Below are positions 18,142 to 27,910 of a stretch of 64,000 bases of DNA, piece after piece. The DNA is taken from positions 1,184,001 to 1,248,000 of the forward strand of contig OY763927.2 of assembly GCA_963667665.2 (NCBI GenBank), written 5' to 3'. The notes below the pieces were generated by a model. It saw only the letters and a program-made list of their open reading frames with translations, made no database searches and was not told where the DNA came from. This stretch comes from Nitrosopumilus sp. GTDB taxonomy: Archaea > Thermoproteota > Nitrososphaeria > Nitrososphaerales > Nitrosopumilaceae. The first letter of the stretch is position 1. Every line of letters begins with the position of its first letter. The position numbers were made by a program, and so were the translations under genes.

Positions 18142-18199
18142 CCCCCGATAGTAAACAAGTAGAAGATTTGAAAATAAACCCTTCAGATTACCCACTTCC
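18142..18199 (-). repeat. right terminal inverted repeat
   Basis: Reverse complement reads GGAAGTGGGTAATCTGAAGGGTTTATTTTC..., matching the left TIR. Confidence 0.88.
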
Positions 18200-18207
18200 C
18201 TTTTTAA
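18200..18207 (+). repeat. right target-site duplication CTTTTTAA
   Basis: Identical to 14365-14372. Confidence 0.85.
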
Positions 18208-18245
18208 ATATACATAAATACCAAAGATATCTGGATTGAAACAGG

Positions 18246-19085
18246 ATGAATTTTAAACGTTCTACAACATCAATGGCAATAGCCCTTATGGCACTGTCAT
18301 TAATTTCAGTGGTATCAATTCAACAAGATGCTTTTGCTGCAAGTCAAGGAATGTCTATTACAGCAACAGCTGATAGAGGTTCAGATACCATTACTCTAAT
18401 GGGTATGACAACTTCAGGATATACAGATGTTACAATTAGAGTAGTATCACCAATGGGAAATGTAGTATCTGTAGGTCAGGAAACACCAGATGAAAATGGA
18501 AATTTTGAAGATGTATTCAATGTTAGTAAATGGAATGAAGATGGATACTATACAATTCAAGCCAAGCAAGGTCAAGGAATTTTCACATTATCTGTAGATG
18601 TTCTAGTTAACAATGGTATGACTGAAAAAACTTCTGAAACTCAATCTACTTTAGATACAGGAATTTTTGTTCCAAACGTCATTACTAGAGACGCAGGAAT
18701 TGAAATTTTTGCAGAAGCTGAAATTGGTTCTACAACAATCAATATTATTGGAACTACAGACAGAGTAAGTGAAGCTATTACATTAACTGTAATTTCACCA
18801 AATGGGAATATAGTATCAATTGATCAAGTAACAGCAATGCTTAATGGAGAATTCACTTCAGTTATTGCTACAGGAGGACCATTATGGAAACAAGATGGTT
18901 TTTACACTGTAACTGCATACCAAAATGACAATCCAAAATATTCTGCGTCAACTGAGGTAGATATCAAAGATGGAGTAGTAGTACCAGAATTTGGTACAAT
19001 TGCAGCTATGATTCTAGCAGTAGCAATTATCTCAATAATTGCAGTATCTGCAAAGTCAAGACTTAGCATCATACCAAGATACTAA
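18246..19085 (+). CDS. PEFG-CTERM sorting-domain surface protein (copy 2)
   Basis: Signal peptide, two Ig-like repeats, C-terminal VVPEFGTIAAMILAVAIISIIAVSAKSRL. Confidence 0.9.
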   Translation: MNFKRSTTSMAIALMALSLISVVSIQQDAFAASQGMSITATADRGSDTITLMGMTTSGYTDVTIRVVSPMGNVVSVGQETPDENGNFEDVFNVSKWNEDGYYTIQAKQGQGIFTLSVDVLVNNGMTEKTSETQSTLDTGIFVPNVITRDAGIEIFAEAEIGSTTINIIGTTDRVSEAITLTVISPNGNIVSIDQVTAMLNGEFTSVIATGGPLWKQDGFYTVTAYQNDNPKYSASTEVDIKDGVVVPEFGTIAAMILAVAIISIIAVSAKSRLSIIPRY

Positions 19086-19147
19086 AATTCATCTTTTTTT
19101 CTCTTTTTAAATATACATAAATAGAGATAGGTGTAAATCGCAACAAG

Positions 19148-20005
19148 ATGAACAACCGTACGTCGTTCGCGCTACTAGCCGTTTTGACTGTAGTCGCTAC
19201 TTTAACCATGTCATCAGCATATGCTCAACAACCAGCAGTATATTCTGAGGAGGAAGCAAGAATAGCAGCAAATGAGTTTTTGCTTCAGGATCTTCCAGTA
19301 TCTGTTTGGACAGACAAAACAGATTATGTTCACAATGACATGATTATTGTAACAGGTCAAGTAGCAAATGTATCTGGATTTCCAATCACAGTTACTGTTG
19401 TGAGTCCACTAAACTCCCTTGTTACAATTGCTCAACTCACTGTAGCAAATGATGGTAGTTTTGAGACAACACTAAACACAGCAGGTGCAATGTGGAAATA
19501 CGATGGTACCTACACCATTAAAGTAAACTATGGAAGCCCTGAAAAAAGTAACAAAGCAAAAGTTGAACTAACTGGTGAAGTTGCATATACACCAACAGTG
19601 CCAGCAAAACAATGTGGTACTAATGATATATCTGTAGATGGTCAATGTATACCATACAGCATTTCAGGTGGAATGGTAACTAGTGCAACCTTCAATACTG
19701 ATGATAATTCAATTATCATTAACATCAACGCAGAAGATGATGGAACACTAACAATAAACCCAGAAACACAAGTCATAGATGGTATCTTTATGGTACTAGT
19801 TGACGGAGAAGAATGGGATGATGTTGAAATTGTTGCAAATAAAGTAACAGTAATGTTCCCAGCAGGCGCTGAACAAATTGAAATTATTGGTACCTTTGTG
19901 ATTCCAGAATTTGGTACAATTGCAGCCATGATTCTAGCAGTAGCAATTATCTCAATAATTGCAGTATCTGCAAAGTCAAGACTTAGCATCATACCAAGAT
20001 ACTAA
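19148..20005 (+). CDS. PEFG-CTERM sorting-domain surface protein (copy 3)
   Basis: Signal peptide; C-terminal VIPEFGTIAAMILAVAIISIIAVSAKSRL. Confidence 0.9.
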   Translation: MNNRTSFALLAVLTVVATLTMSSAYAQQPAVYSEEEARIAANEFLLQDLPVSVWTDKTDYVHNDMIIVTGQVANVSGFPITVTVVSPLNSLVTIAQLTVANDGSFETTLNTAGAMWKYDGTYTIKVNYGSPEKSNKAKVELTGEVAYTPTVPAKQCGTNDISVDGQCIPYSISGGMVTSATFNTDDNSIIININAEDDGTLTINPETQVIDGIFMVLVDGEEWDDVEIVANKVTVMFPAGAEQIEIIGTFVIPEFGTIAAMILAVAIISIIAVSAKSRLSIIPRY

Positions 20006-20075
20006 AATCACAACTTTTTTTCATTTTTTCATTTTAGATAGTAAAGGAAATATACAAATGTGCATTTGGAAACTT

Positions 20076-20879
20076 GTGGAATCTAAAATATTTTATGGTA
20101 TCATAGTTTTATTTTTTATTTCAACTACAACTGCGTTTGCTCAAGAATCTTTAATTTCCGATTTTAAGACAGATGACAATCTGTACGATGAAGGCGATAC
20201 AGTTGTAATATCAGGTATTGTAAATACAGTAATTGGAAAAACGCCAATCATAATACAAATAATTCATGAAGCAACATACGTACATTTTGCACAAATAGAA
20301 GTAGCCCAAGATGGTACATTTTCAGAAACGGTTATTGCAGAAGGGCCATTATGGAAAAATGCAGGAGAATACATAGTTAGAGCATCATACCAAGATCAAA
20401 TAGCAGAAATTGAATTTGATTATACTCCAAAATCAGAGTCAATTGAGACCACAACCAATTTTGAAGTAGATGCAGGAAGTTATGGAACATTTGATGTAGA
20501 GTATACCATCAGAGGAGGTACAATTAAAGACATGATAGTAGATACGGAACAGTTTGCAATAATAGTACAAATTGATTCAACAGACGAGGGAACCATCACA
20601 TTAGATTTACCTAGAGAATTCATAGGTGCTGAGAAACAAAATGGTAAAGATGATACTTTCATTATTCTGATAGATGGAATAGAAGTTGCATATCAAGAAT
20701 CTTTAGTACACCCAAATTCCAGAGTCATAACAGTGAATTTTGAAGAAGGGGATTCAGATATTGAAATTATTGGAACTTATGTTGTTCCAGAATTTGGCAC
20801 CATTGTAATGATGATTCTGATTGTAGGTATAATGACAGTTATTTTAGCATCCAGAAACAAATTACAAATTAAGATTTAG
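20076..20879 (+). CDS. PEFG-CTERM sorting-domain surface protein (copy 4, divergent tail)
   Basis: Signal peptide from GTG 20076; C-terminal VVPEFGTIVMMILIVGIMTVILASRNK. Confidence 0.88.
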   Translation: MESKIFYGIIVLFFISTTTAFAQESLISDFKTDDNLYDEGDTVVISGIVNTVIGKTPIIIQIIHEATYVHFAQIEVAQDGTFSETVIAEGPLWKNAGEYIVRASYQDQIAEIEFDYTPKSESIETTTNFEVDAGSYGTFDVEYTIRGGTIKDMIVDTEQFAIIVQIDSTDEGTITLDLPREFIGAEKQNGKDDTFIILIDGIEVAYQESLVHPNSRVITVNFEEGDSDIEIIGTYVVPEFGTIVMMILIVGIMTVILASRNKLQIKI

Positions 20880-22045
20880 TTTTTTGAAACAAAAGAATAT
20901 TTTTCTTTGAATGGAGAAACGGAACGAAGTTCTTGAACTATTTTTTTTAGAATATCAACTGTTTGATCGATTTCTTTTTGATCATTAAAAATTCCTGTTG
21001 TCAAACGCAAAGAACCAGTAATTTGTTCAAGTGAAAATCCCATTGCTTCTAAAACATGTGAAGCTTTTTGTGTGTTTACAGAACATGCAGAACCTGTAGA
21101 TGCTGCAATTCCATATTCATCAAGTTTGATTATAAGATCCTCACCATTTACACCAAGAAATGTAAAATGTGCATTATTTGGTAATCTGAATTGAGGATGA
21201 CCATTCAAAGTCACTTCAGGAATTTCATTTATTACTTTTTCAATTAGGGTATCCCTAAGTTTTTTCATCTGAGAGATATTTCCATTTAGATTATTTTTTG
21301 CTAATTCACATGCCTTTCCAAATCCTACAATGCTTGCAACATTTTCAGTTCCAGAACGCAATCCATGTTCTTGTCCTCCACCCAGAATCACAGGATCAAT
21401 GTCTATACCATTTTTGATGTATAATGCACCTATCCCTTTTGGACCATATAGCTTATGAGATGAAATAGAGAGTAAATCTATTCCTAATTTTTTAACATCC
21501 AGAGGAATTTTACCAACAGCTTGTACAGCATCAGTATGAAATAGAACGTTTTTTTCATTACATATTTTTGATATTTCAGATATTGCTTGTATAGTACCTA
21601 CTTCGTTATTTCCAAACATTATAGAGACAAGAATAGTTTTCTCAGAAATATGACTTTTCAAAACAGATGAATCTACCACACCAAACTTGTTTACTGGTAG
21701 ATAATCTACATCAAATCCATTTTGTTTTAATTTTTTACATGGTTCTAAAATTGCATCATGTTCAATTAAGGAGGTAATGATTTGGCCAGAGGTATTTTTC
21801 ATGGCTATCCCTTTCAAGGCAGTGTTATTTGATTCAGTACCACCAGATGTAAGTAAAATTTCAGAAGGTTCTGCATTAATTAAAGATGCAATTTGTTTTC
21901 TTGATTTTTCAATTGCTTTGTGAGCTAACCTACCATAACGATGTAGGGATGATGGATTTCCATATTGTTCTTTTAGGTAGGGCAACATTGAATTCAAAAC
22001 ATCTTCATGAATTTGAGTTGATGCAGCATTATCTAGATAAATCAA
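20876..22045 (-). CDS. iscS: cysteine desulfurase (IscS/NifS class)
   Basis: IYLDNAAST, TSGGTESNN, HTDAVQ, SSHKLYGPKG, STGSACS. Confidence 0.95.
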   Translation of the reverse strand: MIYLDNAASTQIHEDVLNSMLPYLKEQYGNPSSLHRYGRLAHKAIEKSRKQIASLINAEPSEILLTSGGTESNNTALKGIAMKNTSGQIITSLIEHDAILEPCKKLKQNGFDVDYLPVNKFGVVDSSVLKSHISEKTILVSIMFGNNEVGTIQAISEISKICNEKNVLFHTDAVQAVGKIPLDVKKLGIDLLSISSHKLYGPKGIGALYIKNGIDIDPVILGGGQEHGLRSGTENVASIVGFGKACELAKNNLNGNISQMKKLRDTLIEKVINEIPEVTLNGHPQFRLPNNAHFTFLGVNGEDLIIKLDEYGIAASTGSACSVNTQKASHVLEAMGFSLEQITGSLRLTTGIFNDQKEIDQTVDILKKIVQELRSVSPFKEKYSFVSKN

Positions 22046-22839
22046 TCTGCAATCACATTAATTTTTCCCGGTTTATATCCATCCTGATCAATTTCAACTG
22101 CAGAAAATCCAATCATCTTTAATTTTTCAGTGATTTTATTCAGAATTGCATCATTAAATGACGATATCATTACTTTGTCGACTTCAATTTTTGCACAACC
22201 ATTAAGATCTCGAACTCTAACTCGTTTTACATTTGTAAGTTGTTTAACAATTGTTTCACCAAATTCAATCCTAATTAATTTCTCAGCTGTTACTCTTTGT
22301 CCCCAAGGTATTCTAGAAGCCAAACAAGAATTTGATGGTCTATCATAAACAGACAATCCTATAAATTTTGCAGATTCTCTAATTTCTAATTTTGAAAAAT
22401 TTGTTTCTACAAGTGGGCTTCGGATACCATTTTGTTTTAAAGCTTCAATTCCAGGTCTGTAATCACCCAAATCATCCAAATTAGTTCCATCAACTATTAC
22501 TTGAACACCATGTTTATTGGCTAATGCAATCAAATGATCTCCTAATTCTATTCTACAATGAAAACATCGGTTTGAGTCATTTTTTATAAATTCTTCATTT
22601 TCAAGTTCATTATAATCCAAAAAGAGTTGTCTTATTCCAATCTCTTTGCATATTTGTTTGGCAGAATCAAGTTCTTCCTTAGATAGTGTTTTGTAATCAG
22701 CAGTAACTGCAATTGCTGAATTTCCTAGTTTTTGAAAAGCAGCATACGCAACAAGGGCACTATCAACACCACCTGAAAGTGCAATCATTACTTTATTTTT
22801 AGATTCAAACCAATTTACTAATTCATCCAGTTTTGTCAT
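22042..22839 (-). CDS. larE: ATP-dependent sulfur transferase LarE
   Basis: PP-loop ALSGGVDS, RCFHC, DGTNLDDLGDYRPG, SCLASRIPWG. Confidence 0.93.
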   Translation of the reverse strand: MTKLDELVNWFESKNKVMIALSGGVDSALVAYAAFQKLGNSAIAVTADYKTLSKEELDSAKQICKEIGIRQLFLDYNELENEEFIKNDSNRCFHCRIELGDHLIALANKHGVQVIVDGTNLDDLGDYRPGIEALKQNGIRSPLVETNFSKLEIRESAKFIGLSVYDRPSNSCLASRIPWGQRVTAEKLIRIEFGETIVKQLTNVKRVRVRDLNGCAKIEVDKVMISSFNDAILNKITEKLKMIGFSAVEIDQDGYKPGKINVIAD

Positions 22840-22841
22840 TG

Positions 22842-24062
22842 TTAATCCTCTAATTTCTCAATCTCTTTTCTTAATAATGACTCGGTCTCTTTAATTGATT
22901 TGTCAATTGTGTTAGATACAGTTTTCAAGTCATCAAATTCTATTTTAAAATCAGTTTTTCCTTTGAAGGATGATTTTTTGTAATTTACTTGAAAAGATAC
23001 ACCATTCAAAGTTAAAGAAACAGAATGGATTGTCCTAGGAACAATTAATCGATTAGATTCAGAAATTCGAATTCCCAAGGTACCAGTTTCAAGAATTAAG
23101 GTATCAACAATTTCTTCAACGTTTTCATCATTACAAATTACAGATACAAGATTTGTAGGTCTACCTTTCTTGGTAATTCCATGATAAATTGAAACATCTT
23201 TTGCACCTTTTTCCATAATTTTTTCAATTAGATTTCCTAGAATTTCTCCTGAAACATCATCCACATTTGTTTCAAGAATTTTTACTGAATCAATATCAAA
23301 ATTATTTTCAGGGCCTCTAACAATTTTCAAAACATTTGAAAAAGTTTCAAAATCTTTTTGTCCTGCACCATAACCTATTGAATCAATTTTCATAGAGGGG
23401 TAATATTCCACAGCATTATTTGTTAGATTTGCTAAAATACAGGCCCCAGTTGGAGTAGTAAGTTCTTCGTTTGCAGTATTTCCTTTAATTGTTAAATTCG
23501 AATTTTTGAAAATCTCAAGAATTGCACTAGCTGGATTTGACATGGTCCCATGTGAAAAAGTTACATTACCTCCACCAACTGAGATAGGTAAACAAAGAAT
23601 TTTTTCATCAAATAGTCCTAAATCTTCTAGAGCAATTGTAATGCCAACAATATCCACAAGCGTATCAATACTAGATGCTTCATGAAAGAGAACAGAATCT
23701 TTGGGAATTCCATGTATTTTAGATTCAGAAGAAATAAGTGTATCAATACAAGAATTTGAAAAGGTGTTTGCTTTTTCTGAAAGTCCAATGGATTGAATAG
23801 AATCAGAAATTGCCTTTTTGATTTCTGAGCCTTTTCTTTCATGAACATCTTCATTAATTTCTAAAATTAATTGAACAGATTCGATTCCATGTTTAGAAAT
23901 TTTTTCAAAATCAATTTGTTTAATTGATGAATTTGGGAAAAAAAATTCTGATTGTTTTATTCCATTAATTATCTTATTTTTATCAGCACCTAAATCCACC
24001 AATGAGCAAAGAAGCATATCTCCAGATATTCCAGCAATCTGTGGATCAATTACAACAACCAT
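22842..24062 (-). CDS. larC: nickel-pincer cofactor biosynthesis protein LarC
   Basis: AGISGDMLL, FHE...DTLVDIVG, ELTTPTGA, LETNVDDVSGE, TKKGRP, ETGTLGIR. Confidence 0.93.
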   Translation of the reverse strand: MVVVIDPQIAGISGDMLLCSLVDLGADKNKIINGIKQSEFFFPNSSIKQIDFEKISKHGIESVQLILEINEDVHERKGSEIKKAISDSIQSIGLSEKANTFSNSCIDTLISSESKIHGIPKDSVLFHEASSIDTLVDIVGITIALEDLGLFDEKILCLPISVGGGNVTFSHGTMSNPASAILEIFKNSNLTIKGNTANEELTTPTGACILANLTNNAVEYYPSMKIDSIGYGAGQKDFETFSNVLKIVRGPENNFDIDSVKILETNVDDVSGEILGNLIEKIMEKGAKDVSIYHGITKKGRPTNLVSVICNDENVEEIVDTLILETGTLGIRISESNRLIVPRTIHSVSLTLNGVSFQVNYKKSSFKGKTDFKIEFDDLKTVSNTIDKSIKETESLLRKEIEKLED

Positions 24063-24152
24063 AGATTAAAAATTATCAAAAATACTTATAAATTCGTCTA
24101 ATAGGTAATGAATTTCATTAGATTTAATTATTGAAAATCAACAGTGTTTTTC

Positions 24153-25067
24153 ATGATTACTATTATTGGTTCAGGTAAAGTAGGTGGAGATGCTGCATTA
24201 TTCTCTGCATTAAAGCGACTAGATGATCAAATTTTGTTATTAGATGTTGTTGAAGGACTTCCACAAGGAGAAGCAATGGATATCAACCATATGTTATCAG
24301 AACAGGGAATTGATGTTGAGGTAAAAGGTTCAAATGATTATGCAGATATGAAAGGCTCAAACATTGTTGTAGTTGTTGCAGGTTCTGGAAGAAAACCAGG
24401 AATGACAAGAATGGATCTTTTGAAGATTAATGCTTCAGTTGTCAAAAGTGTTGTTGGAAATATCAAAAAATATGCTGATGACTCGATGATCATTCCAGTT
24501 ACAAATCCACTTGATCCAATGGCATATGTCACATACAAAGTCTCAGGATTTGATAGGAGTAGAGTATTTGGAATGGGAGGAATGCTAGACTTGTCAAGAT
24601 TCAAACAATTTATTCATGAAGCTACAGGACATTCACGTGATTCCATTAGAGCATTAGTAATTGGAGAGCATGGAGAAAATATGCTTCCATTACCAAGATT
24701 TTCATCAGTTTCAGGTATTCCATTATCAACTTTTCTTCCACAAGAAAAATTGGATGAATTGGTTCAAAACACAAAACAAGTTGCAGCCAAAGTTATCGAG
24801 TTAAAAGGTGCCACAGTACATGCTCCAGGAAATGCAATATCTGCAATTGTTGAATCAGTTGTAAAAGATAGAAAACAAGTCATGCCAGTTGCAACATATC
24901 TTGATGGAGAATACGGTCATTCAGATGTTACGATAGGAGTTCCAGCAGTTATTGGGAAGAAAGGCGTAGAGAAAATCATAGAACTAGACCTTAATGATGA
25001 AGAAAAACAAGTTTTTGAAAAAGGAATTGAGAGTGTAAAAGGTGCCATCTCAGGTATTGAGATCTAA
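24153..25067 (+). CDS. mdh: malate dehydrogenase (LDH-like)
   Basis: [35 protein letters not shown]. Confidence 0.93.
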   Translation: MITIIGSGKVGGDAALFSALKRLDDQILLLDVVEGLPQGEAMDINHMLSEQGIDVEVKGSNDYADMKGSNIVVVVAGSGRKPGMTRMDLLKINASVVKSVVGNIKKYADDSMIIPVTNPLDPMAYVTYKVSGFDRSRVFGMGGMLDLSRFKQFIHEATGHSRDSIRALVIGEHGENMLPLPRFSSVSGIPLSTFLPQEKLDELVQNTKQVAAKVIELKGATVHAPGNAISAIVESVVKDRKQVMPVATYLDGEYGHSDVTIGVPAVIGKKGVEKIIELDLNDEEKQVFEKGIESVKGAISGIEI

Positions 25068-25100
25068 GCCTTTTTTTATCCAAACAAAGAAAAATCATCA

Positions 25101-25874
25101 TTGGAAATTCATGAAATTTTAGAATCATTGAAGGCAGGTAAAATTGCAGTTAATGATGCAAAAAAACTTCTCTCATTATATTCAATTGAACAAGTAGAAG
25201 GATTTGCCAAAATTGACATCAACCGAAGAAAGAGAAGAGGGATTCCAGAAGTGATTTTTGCCGAACCAAAAGAACTAAACGAAATTAAAAAAATTATAAA
25301 GAAAACTCTTGAAAAAAATAACTCAGTAATTGTCTCAAGGATTAAGAAAAAAGATTATCCAAAAATTATAGCATTCGCAAAGAGACTTGAAGTAAAAATA
25401 AAAACTGGAAAAAATTCATCATCAGTGTTGCTATTTAAAAAACCTATAAAATTTCATGGAGGGAAAGTAGGAATACTCACTGCTGGAACATCAGATATTG
25501 GAGTGGCAGAAGAATCTAGGTTAATGTGTGAGGCAATGAACTGTAAATGTATTACAAGTTATGATGTAGGAGTTGCAGGTATTCATAGAATTTTTCCAAT
25601 TTTAAAAGAAATGATAAAAGAAGATGTGGATTGTATAATAGTGGCTGCAGGAATGGAAGGTGCTTTGGCCACACTTGTTTCTACCATGGTAGACATTCCA
25701 ATCATAGGAATTCCAACATCTGTAGGATATGGATACGGTGAAAAAGGAATAGCTGCCCTTGCATCAATGCTACAAAGTTGTTCGTTAGGATTATCAGTAG
25801 TAAATATAGATAATGGGATTGCAGCAGGTGGGATTGCAGCAAATATTGCAAACAGAGCTGTCAGAAAAAAATGA
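25101..25874 (+). CDS. larB: nickel-pincer cofactor biosynthesis protein LarB
   Basis: GIPEVIF, TAGTSDIGVAEE, DVGVAGIHR, AGMEGAL, PTSVGYG, VVNIDNG. Confidence 0.95.
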   Translation: MEIHEILESLKAGKIAVNDAKKLLSLYSIEQVEGFAKIDINRRKRRGIPEVIFAEPKELNEIKKIIKKTLEKNNSVIVSRIKKKDYPKIIAFAKRLEVKIKTGKNSSSVLLFKKPIKFHGGKVGILTAGTSDIGVAEESRLMCEAMNCKCITSYDVGVAGIHRIFPILKEMIKEDVDCIIVAAGMEGALATLVSTMVDIPIIGIPTSVGYGYGEKGIAALASMLQSCSLGLSVVNIDNGIAAGGIAANIANRAVRKK

Positions 25875-25958
25875 AAAAACAATTCTAATTAAAATTTACA
25901 AATGATCTAGTCACGGTCTCGTAAATGATATATAACACACTTTAACGACGTTTTGTAG

Positions 25959-27539
25959 TTGGCTGGCAAACGTGTTGTACTTACTGCTGATCGTAGTTTA
26001 ATGACAAATTATAGAGGAAATTTTCTGTATGGTTTTATTGCATGTGGACCATATGAAGTTCTACCAGAATGGGTTTTTGACAAAGTTTTCTGTCCATCAG
26101 TTGAAACAGACAAAACTACAGGAGAAGTTAAAGTTGCTCAAGTAGGATTAAGAAGAGTAGAAAGCTCACTTCTTCAAGGAGGATACAAAAGAGATGAAGT
26201 ATTCCTTGCACATCCTGAAATGTTACACAAATCAATTGGGCCTGATACCAAAGTTGTAGGAATTAATGTAATGGATCCACTAGGAATGGCTCCAGTAACA
26301 ACAACAATGTCACCAGAAAAACTATCCTATGTAGCAATGAAATTCAAGAAAATGTGTGCTAGTATTATTCAGCTCAAAAAGAAATATGACTTCAAAGTGG
26401 TAGTTGGAGGTAATGGAGCATGGGAATTAGCTAAATCAGACAGAATGAAAATTCACGGAATTGATACAGTAGTTGTTGGTGAAGCTGATGAGTTAGCAAT
26501 AGATTTGTTCCAAGATCTAGAAAAAGGGGATGCACCAGAACTAATGCATTGTTTTGTCAGAAATCTTGAAAATATTCCAGTTATTGAAGGCCCTACAATC
26601 AATTCCTTAATTGAAGCAATGAGAGGTTGTGGAAGAGGATGTGACTTTTGTGACGTAAATAAAAGATCAAAGAAAGACCTTCCATTAGAAAGATTACAAC
26701 ATGAAGCAAAAATTAACTTAGATTATGGATTTGATTCAATTTGGTTACATTCAGATGAGATGTTACTTTATGGATGTGACAATAGAGACTTTTATCCAAA
26801 CAGAGATGTCATTACTGATTTATGGAAAGGACTCAAAGGATTAGGAGCAAACTTTATTGGAACTACACATATGACATTCTCAGCAGTTGCAGCAGATCCT
26901 ACATTAATGCAACAAATTTCACATATCAATGAACAAGACAAAACAGGAAGATGGCTTGCAACAAATTTGGGAATTGAAACAGTTGCACCAGCATTAGTAA
27001 AGAAACATCTGGGTGTTAAAACAAAACCATTCTCACCTGATGAATGGGGAAGTGTTGTAATGGAAGGTGCAAAGATTCTAAATGAAAATCACTGGTTTCC
27101 AGCTGCAACAATTATCATTGGTTGGCCTGATGAAACTCCAGAGGACAATCAGTATACTATTGATATGGTCAGTGACTTTAGAGAGATGAATTTTAGAGGA
27201 TTGGTTGCACCATTACTTTACCAAGACTTTAGTGAAAAGAATTCAATGCACTTTGGAAACTTGAATGAAGCCCAATTCACATTATTTTGGAGATGTTGGG
27301 AAAATAACTTACGTGTAATTAATGATATAATTCCAATTATTCTTAGAAACAAGACCTATGGTCCACCAATGAAAGTCTTCATGTATGGTATTCTTAGAGC
27401 AGGAACATGGGCAATAATGAGATATCTCAGAGGACTGTGTAAAGATCTTTTCAATGGACGAACTCCAGAAGAGATTATGGACAAATATGCAAGAAGTAGA
27501 TCAGTAACTGCACCTAGAATTCAAACAAAGAAATTATAG
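25959..27539 (+). CDS. B12-binding-domain radical SAM protein
   Basis: RGCGRGCDFC (CxxxCxxC); N-terminal VVGINVMDPLG...VVVGG...VVVGEAD region. Confidence 0.85.
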   Translation: MAGKRVVLTADRSLMTNYRGNFLYGFIACGPYEVLPEWVFDKVFCPSVETDKTTGEVKVAQVGLRRVESSLLQGGYKRDEVFLAHPEMLHKSIGPDTKVVGINVMDPLGMAPVTTTMSPEKLSYVAMKFKKMCASIIQLKKKYDFKVVVGGNGAWELAKSDRMKIHGIDTVVVGEADELAIDLFQDLEKGDAPELMHCFVRNLENIPVIEGPTINSLIEAMRGCGRGCDFCDVNKRSKKDLPLERLQHEAKINLDYGFDSIWLHSDEMLLYGCDNRDFYPNRDVITDLWKGLKGLGANFIGTTHMTFSAVAADPTLMQQISHINEQDKTGRWLATNLGIETVAPALVKKHLGVKTKPFSPDEWGSVVMEGAKILNENHWFPAATIIIGWPDETPEDNQYTIDMVSDFREMNFRGLVAPLLYQDFSEKNSMHFGNLNEAQFTLFWRCWENNLRVINDIIPIILRNKTYGPPMKVFMYGILRAGTWAIMRYLRGLCKDLFNGRTPEEIMDKYARSRSVTAPRIQTKKL

Positions 27540-27857
27540 ATTTTCAATAGCAATATCTGCTATAGTGTTTCGTTTTGGTGTTATGGAGATAAAATAAACT
27601 TTGTCTGCTCTTTCAATACTTTCAACTTTTTTGTAAGACTTTGATGTTACATCAAATTCATAGATTCCTGATTCAAGTGAACCTTTTGAATAAAGCATAA
27701 GAAATGTTTCTCCAGTTATTGGACTAAGCGGAATAAATGACATTACATATTCTTTGTAAGAATTAATGGGCATTGTATTTTTCATTGGAGGAGCTGCTGC
27801 TGCCATGTACATAAAGAAGTCTTCAATTGTATCAAATTCTTCGTATTCAATATGCAT
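27534..27857 (-). CDS. hypothetical protein
   Basis: 107-aa ORF filling the intergenic space, with TATA-like TTATA upstream. Confidence 0.7.
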   Translation of the reverse strand: MHIEYEEFDTIEDFFMYMAAAAPPMKNTMPINSYKEYVMSFIPLSPITGETFLMLYSKGSLESGIYEFDVTSKSYKKVESIERADKVYFISITPKRNTIADIAIENL

Positions 27858-27910
27858 TAAGTTTCATAATTTGCTTTAGTATAATAACCTACTAATGAAA
27901 TGAGGTAAAA

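Larger units (their letters stand above)
14373..18199. mobile_element. IS6-like passenger-carrying transposon, 3,827 bp
   Basis: Imperfect ~58-bp TIRs in exact register, 8-bp direct repeats immediately outside them, an internal DDE transposase, and an empty site reconstructable from 19086-19123. Confidence 0.88.

Noticed and set aside
14373-18199. Casposon or composite (two-IS) transposon
   Set aside because: There is no Cas1 or family B polymerase, only one transposase, and I found no second IR pair tight around it.
14245-20005. Repeated ~105-bp PEFG tails as a CRISPR array, attL/attR pair or diversity-generating retroelement TR/VR
   Set aside because: The repeats are coding sorting signals separated by whole genes. 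No cas, integrase or reverse transcriptase gene is present, and the mismatches are not adenine-specific.
19959-20075. N-terminal extension of PEFG copy 4 in the ORF track
   Set aside because: It overlaps the previous gene and its terminator; the signal peptide begins near GTG 20076.
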